64,000 nt of DNA, taken from the human T2T-CHM13v2.0 reference genome, Homo sapiens. The notes beneath the pieces were generated by a model. That model did no database searches and had not been told where the DNA came from. It saw only the letters and a program-made list of their open reading frames with translations. Below, in pieces: positions 1 to 13,828 of this stretch. The translations under genes were made by a program, and so were the position numbers. The DNA lies in NCBI RefSeq assembly GCF_009914755.1, contig NC_060942.1; one strand, 5' to 3'. Positions within the stretch are counted from its first letter, which is position 1. Every line of letters begins with the position of its first letter.

Positions 1-98
1 CTGTTTGCAAGGATGAAGGTGATATAATTGGAATGAGAGCCTCAGCTGAACCAGGAAACGAGTGGAGGTTTAAATATCAGGATGCGGAGTTTACCACA

Positions 99-490
99 GG
101 GATAGGACAGAGGGAGGGAAGGAGGGAGGAAAGGAGAGAGGGGAGGAGAGAGGGGAAGAGAGAGGGGAGGTGGAGAATGTGGGGAGGGGCATTGGAGAGA
201 AGGGCAGAACCGTCAGGAGAGGGAGGAAGGGAGGTCAGGAGGGAGGAGGATTGAGAAGGAGGGGAGAAGGTGGAGGAGGGGTTAGGAAGGTTCAGGAGGA
301 AGGGAGGCGGAGAGCAGGGGTAGAGGAAGATTGAGGAGGAGTGAGGAGGGATGGGAGGAGGGTGAAAGGCAATGGGAAAAGGGCTGAAAAAGCAGGGTCC
401 AGAAGGAGGAGGGGAGAGGAGAGGTGGGAGAAGGGCCCAGGAAGAAGAAAGAGGGAAGAAGAGGAAGAGGAGAGGGAGGAGGGCTGGGAC
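99..490. repeat. GA-rich (polypurine) low-complexity tract
   Basis: Almost entirely G/A; uninterrupted purine runs at 109-170 (62 nt) and 439-483 (45 nt). Confidence 0.9.
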
Positions 491-1194
491 CAGCCAGGGG
501 ACAGGCACTAACACAGCACTGCCAGGCACACAGCAGGCTGGAAAGAAGATTCCTGGAGGTCACCGACATCTCCAGGCAGCCTGGAGGGAAAAGGAACCTG
601 GAGATGTTTCTGGTGATAAGAAAGTGGAGATAAGAAGGCTTGGATGGAGGCCAGAGGTGGCCTCTGGGAGGAGAACCCGGTAGTGGGCGGGGCAGGGCCG
701 GCCTCCTTGCAGCCCACTCTGGTGCTCCCAGACAACACATGGGAACCTCCCTGGACAGCGTACCCTTCCCCGCTGTGGGGTCAAATAACAATCTGGGGTC
801 ACCCCTGGAGCTCAGGCACGAGCTTGTCTCAAGTGCTGAGATGGCGCCTAGGAGAACTCCACAGGTGCCCAGTGAAGTGAGGGCAGGTTACCCAGAACCA
901 GTGCTATCTGGAGAGTAGCTGCAGAGCCATGATTTCCTTAGCCCCTTATCCTTCCTTGCTCTCAAAAGAAGCCAGAGGTTCCCAGGGATTGATTTTATGC
1001 CCAGCCAAATGACACCCTTTCTTTCTCCCCTCATGAAGATAAAATCTTTCCCCTAACTATCTGTCAGGGCACGTGAAATTCCATTAGAAAGTCATTCCTT
1101 CACATGGCGTCTGAGGCTGGTCTCCCAAGAGAACCAGGAGAGGGGAGATTCAGGCAGCTGGAAGGACCCCAAGGCTCGTCTATTCTAATGGCCC

Positions 1195-1295
1195 TATTTT
1201 ACAGGGAGGAAACTGAGACTCATGGATGGGACAGGACTTGCCCACAGTGAGTCTGTAAGCACTGGGCCAGACCTCGGGTTCCCAGGCTCCTTGCC
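1195..1295 (-). mobile_element. MIR SINE fragment
   Basis: ATTTTACAGGGAGGAAACTGAGACTCA...GACTTGCCCACAG matches the antisense MIR core. Confidence 0.7.
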
Positions 1296-1486
1296 TGGTG
1301 CCCTCTCTTCTCTATACCAGGGTCGACCAAGAATGAGCTTCGGCAAGTTAAATGAACGTGTGGCGAGGGCGGGGAGGCGAGTGGGAGGATCAGCAGCGAC
1401 CACAGGCAGGAAGTACTCCAGAGGGCTCAGAACCAACCGCCAGACAAACACCCTGGGGAAACAGAGGCTTCCCTGCCCCTACCTTG

Positions 1487-1776
1487 TTTTTGAGATAGGG
1501 TCTCACTCTGTTGCCCAGGCTGGAGTGCAGTGGCACAATCGTAGCTCACTGCAGCCTCTAAACTCCTGGGCTCAAGTGATCCTCCTACCTCAGCCTCCCA
1601 GATAGTTAGGACTACAGGCATGTACCATTATGCCCAGCTAATTTTCTTATTTTTTGTATTCCTGTAGAGACAGGGTCTTGCTTTGTTGCCCAGGCTGATC
1701 TCCTGGCTTCAAGCGATCCTCCCACCTCAGCCTCTCAAAGTATTGGAATTACAGGCATGAGCCATTCTGCTTGGCT
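1487..1776 (-). mobile_element. Alu, AluJ-class
   Basis: Antisense Alu dimer with J-type motifs (GCTCACTGCAGCCTC, CTGGGCTCAAGTGATCCTCC, GAGACAGGGTCTTGCT). Confidence 0.92.
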
Positions 1777-2365
1777 GGCACTGTTTTTCTAAGCCATGTT
1801 TATCCAGCTCTTACTGTGTGGGACGGGCCTTCTGGGGCTTGGGGCTTAGGACCTCCACCTCTTCTGTCCTATTCCAGGCCTTGTGTCACCTTTTATCTTC
1901 TCAATGATTGGGAACTTGCTCCTTTATATGGAATCTGTGCATTAGTAAAGTTGTTAAATGTCCTTGAAACTGTATGAAAAAGTGGGGAGAGTGGAGCACT
2001 TGGGGGTAAGGAAGGGGGGCTCTGAGCTATGAACAAAGCCCTGGCAGGAGACATTTTTCAGAGGATGCTGAAGCAGGGAGACTTCCTAGAGGAGGAGAGC
2101 TTAGAGAAGGAAGAGAGAAGCAAGACCACACAGCTCCCAGTTGTGGGGTGAGGGTGGGGGTTGCGGTCCCTAGCAATGGCCTTGGGGTGTTGCTAAGAAC
2201 CCAGGCTGGTGGCGGCTGTCACAGGCCTAATGAGGCCCAAGGGAGAACACATCGAAGGGAATGCAAGCACTGCAGACCCTGAGTGGAAAGACCCCCATCC
2301 AGGCCAGCCCTGCCCCTGCCTTCGGGTTCCCAATTTTGAATACCTGGAGTTTGTGCCTCTCTAGA

Positions 2366-2542
2366 GCCCTTTCCCTTTCTAGAACTGGAAAGATCTAGAC
2401 ATGGCACATGACTTCTGCCCTTTCCCTTTCATATCTTTCTAGAACTGGAAAGATCTAGACGTCACACATGACTTCTGCCCTTTCCCTTTCAGATCTTTCT
2501 AGAACTGGAAAGATCCAGACATGACACATGACTTTTGCCCTT
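2366..2542. repeat. 60-bp tandem repeat, about 3 copies
   Basis: Unit CACATGACTTCTGCCCTTTCCCTTTCA(T/G)ATCTTTCTAGAACTGGAAAGATCTAGAC recurs with period 60; the leading partial unit lacks 9 nt. Confidence 0.95.
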
Positions 2543-3459
2543 AAAAATAGTGCTTATGGATGGTTTCTAACTTGAAAATGCTTACGAAGATGAGCAAAAA
2601 AGTGAGATAGAAAATTTGTGAACAATATTATCAGGAAGGTGTTGCAACAACCACACACACACAAAACAGTGCATGCGTGGTAAGACAAGGGGGAGGAAAG
2701 ACAGCCGAGTGACAAGGGAGGGAGCTGAGGCAAGGCCTGCAGAGGAGGGAGGGGGCAAGGGCTGCGGAGGTGCATTTCCTATATGCCCAACAAAGAGCAT
2801 GCACTACAAAAGGTATTTATTAAAAAGGGAAAACAAATGCTCTATTTTCAAAAAAGACAAAAAGGTGCCTTCTTATGCAGACATGGTGTTAACAAGTGCA
2901 CCACTGCAGCCACCCTCCCCCCAAACACTTCTCTCTAGCACTCCCAGGTGCAGAAAGCCTGGTTTCTTCCCATTTCCTGGACGTTCCATGGGCCTAACTA
3001 GCAGCAAAGGTGGTCTGAGACTGAGGCATAGAGAGGTGGAGTGACTTAACCACAGGCCCATAGGCAGATAGGGAGTGGTAGAGACCCAGGATCCTTACAT
3101 TCAGCTCAGCATTCTTTCCTACTCTGTATGCGCTTTATTGAATTTATGGTGATGATGATTATGACCATTGTCATCACCCATTGTGCCCAGACAAGGCACA
3201 GTATTGTCTTCTCACAGATGGAACAATCATTTTGTGTATTTTCTAGTCTTTGGGCCCCACCACAGTCCATACCACACTGATCCGAGGGTGGCACACCCTC
3301 AGTAAGGACGCCGTGCCACTCCCTGACCACATCTGTGTTTGCTGTCCATACTCTGGCCCTGCCCTACCCCCCCACCTGGTTCAAAGAGCCGCACTCTAAA
3401 AGCCGCTTCTTCCTGGGCACCTCTTAGCCAGCCTGCTCTGCATTCTTAAGAGGCATGAT

Positions 3460-3665
3460 CTTTAGGGAGCTAATTACCTAATTAGTGCATCTAGAGGAAA
3501 GCTTAAGTTATGAGGCTGATAATAAGGCAAAAACCATGAAACAATTGTGCTAGGCGGTTCCTCGCTGTCAGGCTTGTTGTTGGCGTCAAATTATTAATTA
3601 TGATTCTTAATCACTCCTTTTCCCATCAGAACCCCTGAGATTTAATTTGCTTCATCATTTGGCCT
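3460..3665. promoter_or_regulatory. Candidate developmental enhancer (homeodomain/SOX/MEIS motif cluster)
   Basis: AT-rich block with no recognisable repeat: TAATTA (3471), CTAATTAG (3478), AACAATTGT (3540), CTGTCA (3565), TTAATTA (about 3594). Confidence 0.4.
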
Positions 3666-4859
3666 TCCTAGAATACACGGTTCTGAATGTTGCTTCTCCA
3701 GGGCGATGGGGAGAATTGCTACATCTCGCCAAGCAGCCCTTCCTTCTGCCCAGACCTGAGGGCACCAGCAGCCACTGCCTGGTGTGGAGACCGGGTCCAC
3801 CTGCACCAGCTGGCCCTGTCATGGGAGGGTTGCTGGAAAAGAAGGGCCCCAGGAGGGGGTTCAGGATGAGGCGGTGACTGGAACCACGTTCTTGGGGGAG
3901 GGCATAGTCTAGCTATGAGCAACCTGAAGGGGCTCTCAGGTGGAAGAGAAATCAGGCTTATTCCTTTGCTCCAGTGGACAGAGTTACAATCAATGAGTAG
4001 GTCATGTGGAAGTTCGATCTGGGCTTCATATGATAACTCTCTAACAAAGAGAGCCAGGCCAAGGACCGCCTGGACTGTCTGGGGAGCAAACCAGCCTCCA
4101 GCTGCTGGGCGCATTCTGGCAGCTGCTGGGTCACCAAGCATTGCGGTGAGAGAAGACTCTTCCCAATTTGTGCCCTGACCCGAAACTGATGGTGGGTTTC
4201 TGGGTGTGTCACCTCCACCTCCCCACCCCATCCTTTCTCATGCTCTCGTCCTCAGCTCCTCTTATGGACCCTAGAATGGGGGCTCAAGCAACGTTTGTTG
4301 ATTTGAGTCGGAATAAAAAACAAGCCCAAATTCAATAAGAAAAGGAATGCTTGGATTAGGGGAATGTCAGCAGGGACTTTGTTCTTATGCTTTAATTTTT
4401 TCCAAGGAGTGCAACGAATTCATGTAAGGTTTATGAAGTGAACAATGGATTTCAAAATTAAAAAGTCAGTGATGAAACTTTAAGAGACTCCTTCTATGTC
4501 ATTTTCCCCCCATTTCCTCAATATTTGGTAACCCAAGGTGAGCTACTCCCCAGGACTGTTCTGAACCTGTCACAGTTATCCAGGGGAGGGAGGCAGAGGA
4601 GAGAAGACCAGAGCCCTGGCTGGGGGTCGGCAGGAGGGAGGTGTGGGAGGCATGCTCTGTTTTCACCTGGGATGGGAGAGATGTGATGAGGGGCCCAGAG
4701 GCAGCTTTGCCAAGTCAGTGGCCTGGTACTGGGGTTTTCGTGTGGACGGGTGTCTGCACTCACTCATTATTAAAGACCAACCTTCTCAAAACAGAAACCA
4801 AAACATCTATATATCTTATATGAAACTAAGGCATAGCCAGCCAGTGAGCAAAAAAAGGG

Positions 4860-5270
4860 AGAAAACATAAACACAGTTTTTGGCAGGCAAGTTAGCAATT
4901 TCGGACCCTGAAATTATTACGTACATTCTCTTCCAGCCAGCAATTCTACTTCTCATTGTTTATCCTAATAAATAGTTAAGTATGTAAAATGGTTTGTTAA
5001 ATAATATTAATCTCAGTATGATTATATTGTGGAAATGACTTTAAATGTCCAACAAAAAAGGATACTAGTTAAATAAAGTATGAAATTGTACATTTATACT
5101 ATGAAATGACTTGTGGCCATTACAAAAATATAGATAAGTATTTTACTGATATGGAAATATGCTACGTTGTGATGTGTACAAATAGTTGTACAGAATGATC
5201 CCAATTTGTTTAATAAAATATATGTTCATAGAAAAATGTGTGGAGTAATATATATTTATAGTAACAAAAC
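4860..5270 (+). mobile_element. Old L1M (L1ME-like) 3' fragment
   Basis: CCAGCAATTCTACTTCTC and AAATGTCCAACAAAAAAGGA...GTTAAATAAA resemble L1M 3'-end motifs; heavily diverged. Confidence 0.6.
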
Positions 5271-5395
5271 TTAGTGGGAGAATTCCAGTTTAATTTTTTT
5301 CTTTTTTTTTTTTTTTTTTGCCTTCTCTCTCTCCCTCCCTCCCACCCATCCTTCCTTCTTTTCTCTTTATAATGAACATGATTTACTTTTACCAT

Positions 5396-5689
5396 TTCTT
5401 TTTTTGAGATGGAGTCTCGCTCTGTCGCCCAGGACGGAGTACAGTGGTGCGATCTCAGCTCACCGCAACCCCTGCCCTCCTGGGTTCAAGCGATTCTCCT
5501 GCCTCAGCCTCCTGAGTAGCTGGGACTCCAGGCACGCGCTACCATGCCCAGCAGATTTTTATATTTTTAGTAGAGATGGGGTTTCACCATGTTGGCCAGG
5601 CTAGTCTTGAACTCCTGAACTCTTGAACTCTTGAACGACTTGGCCTCCCAAAGTGCTGGCATTATAGGTGTGAGCCACCATGCCCGGCC
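5396..5689 (-). mobile_element. Alu, AluS-class, with internal 8-bp microduplication
   Basis: Antisense Alu; TSD TACTTTTACC at 5384-5393 and 5690-5699. Confidence 0.95.
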
Positions 5690-7229
5690 TACTTTTACCG
5701 TTTTAAAAAAGTTTAAAATTATGTGGGCTTTTTCCATCATAGATGGTTGAGAAAAAATGGTTACAAAGTATATGTGCGGTAAATCCATGGGCTATGTTTG
5801 TATATACTGAGAGAACAGGTGAAGAAAATACTAAGACTACCTAACAGAGGATTGAGGATCGCATTCCAAGCAGTGGGATTACGTCCCTCTCTTCTTGTTT
5901 AAATTTTTTTTTATGAAATGAGTATTTCAGTGATAAAGGGTTTAAATTCAATAACTGTGTGGTCTCTCAAATGCTTAGTGGTTAAAATAGATTCAGTGCA
6001 TCAGAGAAAAGTAACACAAGTTTGCCCGTGTAGACAACACCAGGCCCAACACATATGGTGTGGAGAACCCAACTTTGATTACCTATCACAGGAAAATCTG
6101 CCCACACAAGACTGGTAAGTCGATGGGGTGATATTTCTTGAGGAATCTTTGAGGATGTCCTTCCTGTTGCCATGAAAATGGGCATTTTGTTGTGGACAGG
6201 AGCAGGACAAAGGGGTAAGTCCCTGAACCTGCTGGCCAGTAGATTCATCCATGACACCAACTAACTGCAGTAATCCCTTCTAAGCCTCAGTTATCTCATC
6301 TGCTAAATGGAGATAATACCCCCTGGTCTGTCTTTCTTGTATGGTTATGGATGTACATGAACAAGTGAAACTACCCCCATCACAAGGAAAAACCATCATG
6401 GTTAGTTACTGGGAAAGACAAAAAGAGAGAAAAGGAAGATGAACTCAAAAAAGGATAATTGGAGTTAAATTGGTTTCTGAATCAGGCTGGCCTGGAGCCC
6501 CTCCCCTGGAACTTACTCTATTAAAAGGGCTGGCAAGAGGCCAGGGGCAGGAGGTGCCCCGGCTGGCCCAGGCCACTTACCCTCATCTGGGGCTACCTCC
6601 TGGCCTAGGGTGTGGCCATTTTCATTCCACTCCAAGTCCAGGGGAAAGCCAAGAAAATCCACAGGTCTTGTATTTCTTCCAGGGTCTTAAGAATGAAACA
6701 TGTGCAAACGATGAACTCATTTTATCCTCAGGCTGAGCCCTCCACACAGATTCCATCTCAAGGAGCTTTCCGGCTGATGGCAGAGTCAGGAGAGTCCCAG
6801 CTATTATCAGTGACAACAACCCTGCTTGCTCTCTGTGCGAGGCGTACGCCTGTCCCACCATCGGCAGGGTGCACTCCAGGAAGCAGGCTACACACTAGTG
6901 CACAAGGTGGCTGTGAAAACACCACTGCACCAGGAGCCTGGGGCCGGCTGTAAAATGCTGGCCAAATCCCCATTCACTCTGTGTCTCCATCTACTTGTCT
7001 GAAATAGGAGGGTGGTGGTGTCCCATGAAAGGCCCTTTCACTTTTGAGGTCCTGGGAGCCACTGGTGCTCTAGAGGCAGTACTTCTGCCCTCCACCGTGG
7101 TCATCTTCATGGGGGGTTTGGACTCCATTTACAGACAGCCACAAGTACAAGGCAGGCATGGAACTCAAGAAAATATCCACACTATAGGTGAGGATGTGGG
7201 GACACTGGGAACTGATGGATGGGTGGGAG

Positions 7230-8850
<1,621 letters not shown>

Positions 8851-10459
8851 AGTCCTACATAAGTGGTAAGACCATCAGGAAGAAGCCGAGGAATCTGCTC
8901 ACATAATTCAGGATAGTGACAGCTCTGGAAGAAAGGGCGGGGCATACCATGGAGGAGGGAGACCAAGGGCCTCGAAGTACTTTGAGTCACTATTTAGCAC
9001 TTTTGGTTCTATTTCTTAAACTGAGAGAGGGGTTCACAGGAGTTTATGTTATTATCCTTCGCGCCTATATATACATGCTACAGATACTCTTTTGCATGTA
9101 TCAAGTGCTGCATTAAAAAAAAAGAAAAATATAAGAAAAAGAAAGTTAATCCATTCCTCTACACCGTCCCCCACCCCCAAGGACAGTGGCACAAATGCTC
9201 CCTGGTGCCCTATGTCCCTGCCAGTGGGAGACTCCTCACTGTGCTGAAGGCGAGGCTCGAGCCCAGACGCCCTGTGCATGTCCCAGGCTGCCTCTCCCGC
9301 TGGTCTGCAAGCTTCTTGGGGTGGCAATGAAATGTAACTTATCTTTGGACTCCAGTCACTAATACAGTCCCTGGTAAATAGTGCCAGCTCCATGTGTGCT
9401 TGCTCAATGAATAGATGAATGTATCAATATTAATTAGCAGCCTCTTCCCAGGACCTACCAGCGATGGCATTTGGAGAGCCATCCCATGCATCCACACCAA
9501 ATGCTGGAGGCCACCTTCTCTCTCCAGTCCTCAGGGCAGTCTCTGCTGAGCTTGCTGCTTTCTGTCACTGCCATCTCTAGTCTCTAAGCCAATCGCACGG
9601 GGGTCCGCCAGTTGCCGGCTTTCCTACCGCTACCCTGGCCTGCTTGCACCCTCCCTCTGCACCCACGGCTCTCTTATATTCCTGCCAACTGCTTGGGGGG
9701 CCTCCTCAGCTCTGCTGGCTGTCCTGGCCACTGCTTGCCTGGCCCTGGGCCCTCTCTGTCATTCCTCATCTATTGCTGTTGAAATCCTCCAAGGCCCAGT
9801 TCAGGGCAGACCTCCTCTAGGAGGCCCTTCCTGGTTAACCCCACCAGAAGGCTTGAGACCAAATGGAGAAAGCACAGGGCCTGCATTAGGCAGGCCAACT
9901 AGTTCTCCTGTCACGCTATGAGTATAGGTCTGCCCTGTGCATAAGGGCATCATATTCCTCAAGGGCAGGGGCTCTATGTTATAATTCTTTCCTAGCTCCC
10001 ACGGCACTTAGCATACACCTGGGCATCTAAACAGCAAGCTATGATCTGAGAATGGACTTCATTTTTACCTCTCCGGAGGTTCCAGCAATGCAGCTGGGCT
10101 GGGCGTGGTTAGAGCTGTGAATGTTGGCACCTGCTGCCCACCCCCAAGGACCCAACAACCAAAGAAACCACACATATTTTCAAGCAAAACTGGATATACC
10201 AGAACATACCAGTCCCTCCGTGGACAAAGCAAGGTTTCTGTTCTTTATTAACGATGTGTTTTTCCTATCATTATCTGAAATTTAGATGCCTCAAAATGAA
10301 AAGTGTTTTGGAGGCAGGATAGACTAGAATCTACAGCCGAGGTGGGCAGATGGGAGTTAATGGAGAGGCGTGAATAAATGCTGAACTGAGAGACAAGTGG
10401 AAGTCTTGGATGGCTCAGGAGGTTCACTTAATCTCACTGTCTCAGTTCCTGCCATACTG

Positions 10460-10700
10460 AGAGGCAGCCTGCCACAGAGGTTAGAGCATGGGTGTCAGAG
10501 AGAGACCACGGGTTGAAGTACTAGCTCAGCTACTTTCCTGCTATGTGACCTTAGGCAGGTTACTTGACCTCTCTGGCCTCCTTTTTTCATCTATAGAATG
10601 GGAATAATAAACAGACCTTCACTGGATGGTTGTAAGGGTTCAGTAAGTTAACACTAGTAAAGCACTTAAAACAGGGCCTGGAGCATCCTATGCCCTCAGC
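10460..10700 (+). mobile_element. MIR SINE
   Basis: CTATGTGACCTTAGGCAGGTTACTTGACCTCTCTGGCCTC...CATCTATAGAATGGGAATAATA matches the MIR core. Confidence 0.85.
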
Positions 10701-10965
10701 CAGAGGTAACTCTTTTTACTGTACAACAAAACACGTGTTCCATCTCACAGAACATTGCTCTGGGATGAGCCTTTATGGTGTCTAATGAGCTACTCAAGCA
10801 GAACGAATCTTTAGTAAAACATACCAAACAGCTCCCCAGATAGACAGCACCAATTTCTATTCCTTCCAGAAGAGATGGGTGGGCATATCCACTTCACTGT
10901 ACCTTTACTTGCCAGCCCTGGCTATTCTAATTTTTGTACAAAGCTTCGTGAAATTGATGAGTTAA

Positions 10966-11345
<380 letters not shown>

Positions 11346-12057
11346 TGATCAACCTTTTCTTATATGTGAACTGATCATTTGCCACAGGTAATCATGTATT
11401 TCTGAGCTGTCATTTCCTTTTCCCCTTTTGTGCCACTGAGATGCATGCCTTTCTTTTAAGGATACAAAAGCTGTTTTTATAGGGTTAATATATTAACTTT
11501 TTGGCCATATGTGTTATAAATACATACATATGTTTTAAAACTTTAATAGTAAAAAGTTCATTAAGAAACCTGAAATATTTAGTCTTTGACTTGTTCTTCC
11601 TCTTTCTTATCCTAAGAAAACAATCAGTGTTCCTGAGCCAGAATATTCACTCTAGTGCCATTTATATTAGGGGAAATAGAAAATTACCCAATATATAGCT
11701 AATGTGGTACATTAGCGTGAGTGAATAGTATGCGACCTAAATTAAAATGAGACTTTCTATGAGTGATTAGGAAATGCTCAGATAAAGTGCTAAGTGATAA
11801 AAGTAGCACAATGTCCAGAATAACCTCAATTTTATAAAGTGAAGAAAATTATACATATTTTTTGCAAGGTTGCGAAGCTACATCAAAACATTAACAATAT
11901 CAATTGGAGTTCTTTCTTTCTTTTTTGTCTTTCTGCCTGATGTGGATTCCTAAGGAGCTTATTCTGAGTGGTAGAATTACTGATGCTTTAATCTTCTTTT
12001 ACCTTTATGATTTCCTAAATTTTCTATAATAAATTATTTTATAACTAAAAAAAATTT

Positions 12058-12243
12058 ATCAATCTCAAACTTCAGTGTTCATCAGAATCACCTGCACGGC
12101 TTGTTAAAACAAAGATCACTGTGTCCCATCCTCAGGGTTTCTGATTCAGTAGGTTCACGGTGGGTCCCAAGACTCTGCATTTCCAGCAAATTCCCAGGTG
12201 ATGCTGATGCTGTTGGTTCAGGGACACACTTTTGAGAACCATG
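12058..12243. mobile_element. MER5A-like hAT-Charlie DNA transposon relic
   Basis: TCTCAAACTT...CATCAGAATCACCTG...TTCTGATTCAGTAGGT...CCCAGGTGATGCTGATGCTG...CACACTTTGAGAACCA. Confidence 0.85.
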
Positions 12244-13159
12244 ACTCTACACTAAAGGGTATTATTTCTCCCATTACTTTGTTTGCATCCAGGTTGATGA
12301 GATGTAAAACAATGGCACCTGATCTTCTTAATCTTTGAGACTGATAAATTGTTTCCACCAGGTGAGAAGGAGCCAGAACATCAAGCCAGTGCAGGCGCAA
12401 CCCCAGCGCAGGCGCAAGCCCAGTGCAAGCGAGTCTTTGTTCCTACTGCCAGCCCCATGCTCATGGAAGACCTGCGTTCCACACATTCCTTCCCCTGAAA
12501 CCACCAGGCACCTCCCTTTCCTTCTCATTTTCCAACAAAGTGCACTTGGAGGAATGGGGGCATTTCTCATTTGTATTCTCATTCAAAATGTATACCTACT
12601 TTTTGTCTTTTTTAAATGTTATTATTAATTGAAGACTATATGTCTACGTTTTGAATCATAGTTCATGTGTAACAGGCAGGTCCTCCTGGCCCAACCAGGA
12701 ACTCCTGGTGGGCCCAGACAGCTTGCTTAGGTCCATCCTGGGTGCCTGGCAAATGTGTGTTGGTTTGCTTGGGTCTCCCCTGAGCTCCAGGACTGTGATA
12801 GGCCTGGCAGACACTTTGGTGAGGACATACCAACATAAATAACAATCTCATTGATGGCAGCCCTCCAGAGAAAATGAAACAGGAATGAACTTGTAACTGG
12901 CTTGGGGTCAGGTACTTCAATAGCGGGGGTTGAGAGAAGGCACTTTGAGTCTGGAGTGTGTTGGTTGGCATGAGGTTGAAGGGATAAGCTGGACAGACTG
13001 CAGAGGGTCCCTTAGGCTGGCGTTTCTCGAACCGTCATGTGCACACAACCCCAGGGATTTTGATTCAGTCAGTCTAGGGTGGGGTCTGAGATGCTACATT
13101 TCCAGGTGGGGCCCAAGCTGCTGCTCTCTGGGTACAGCCCTCTGACTAGCAAGACCTTG

Positions 13160-13828
<669 letters not shown>

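Noticed and set aside
33-791. Overlapping ORFs of up to 169 aa at the window start
   Set aside because: They arise from the stop-poor GA/CT low-complexity tract and give biased, domain-free peptides.
2366-2542. Palindromic repeat superficially like a CRISPR array
   Set aside because: Contiguous tandem units with no unique spacers, no cas genes, and a primate genomic context.
3719-4231. 170-aa minus-strand ORF
   Set aside because: No recognisable family and no convincing splice or promoter context.
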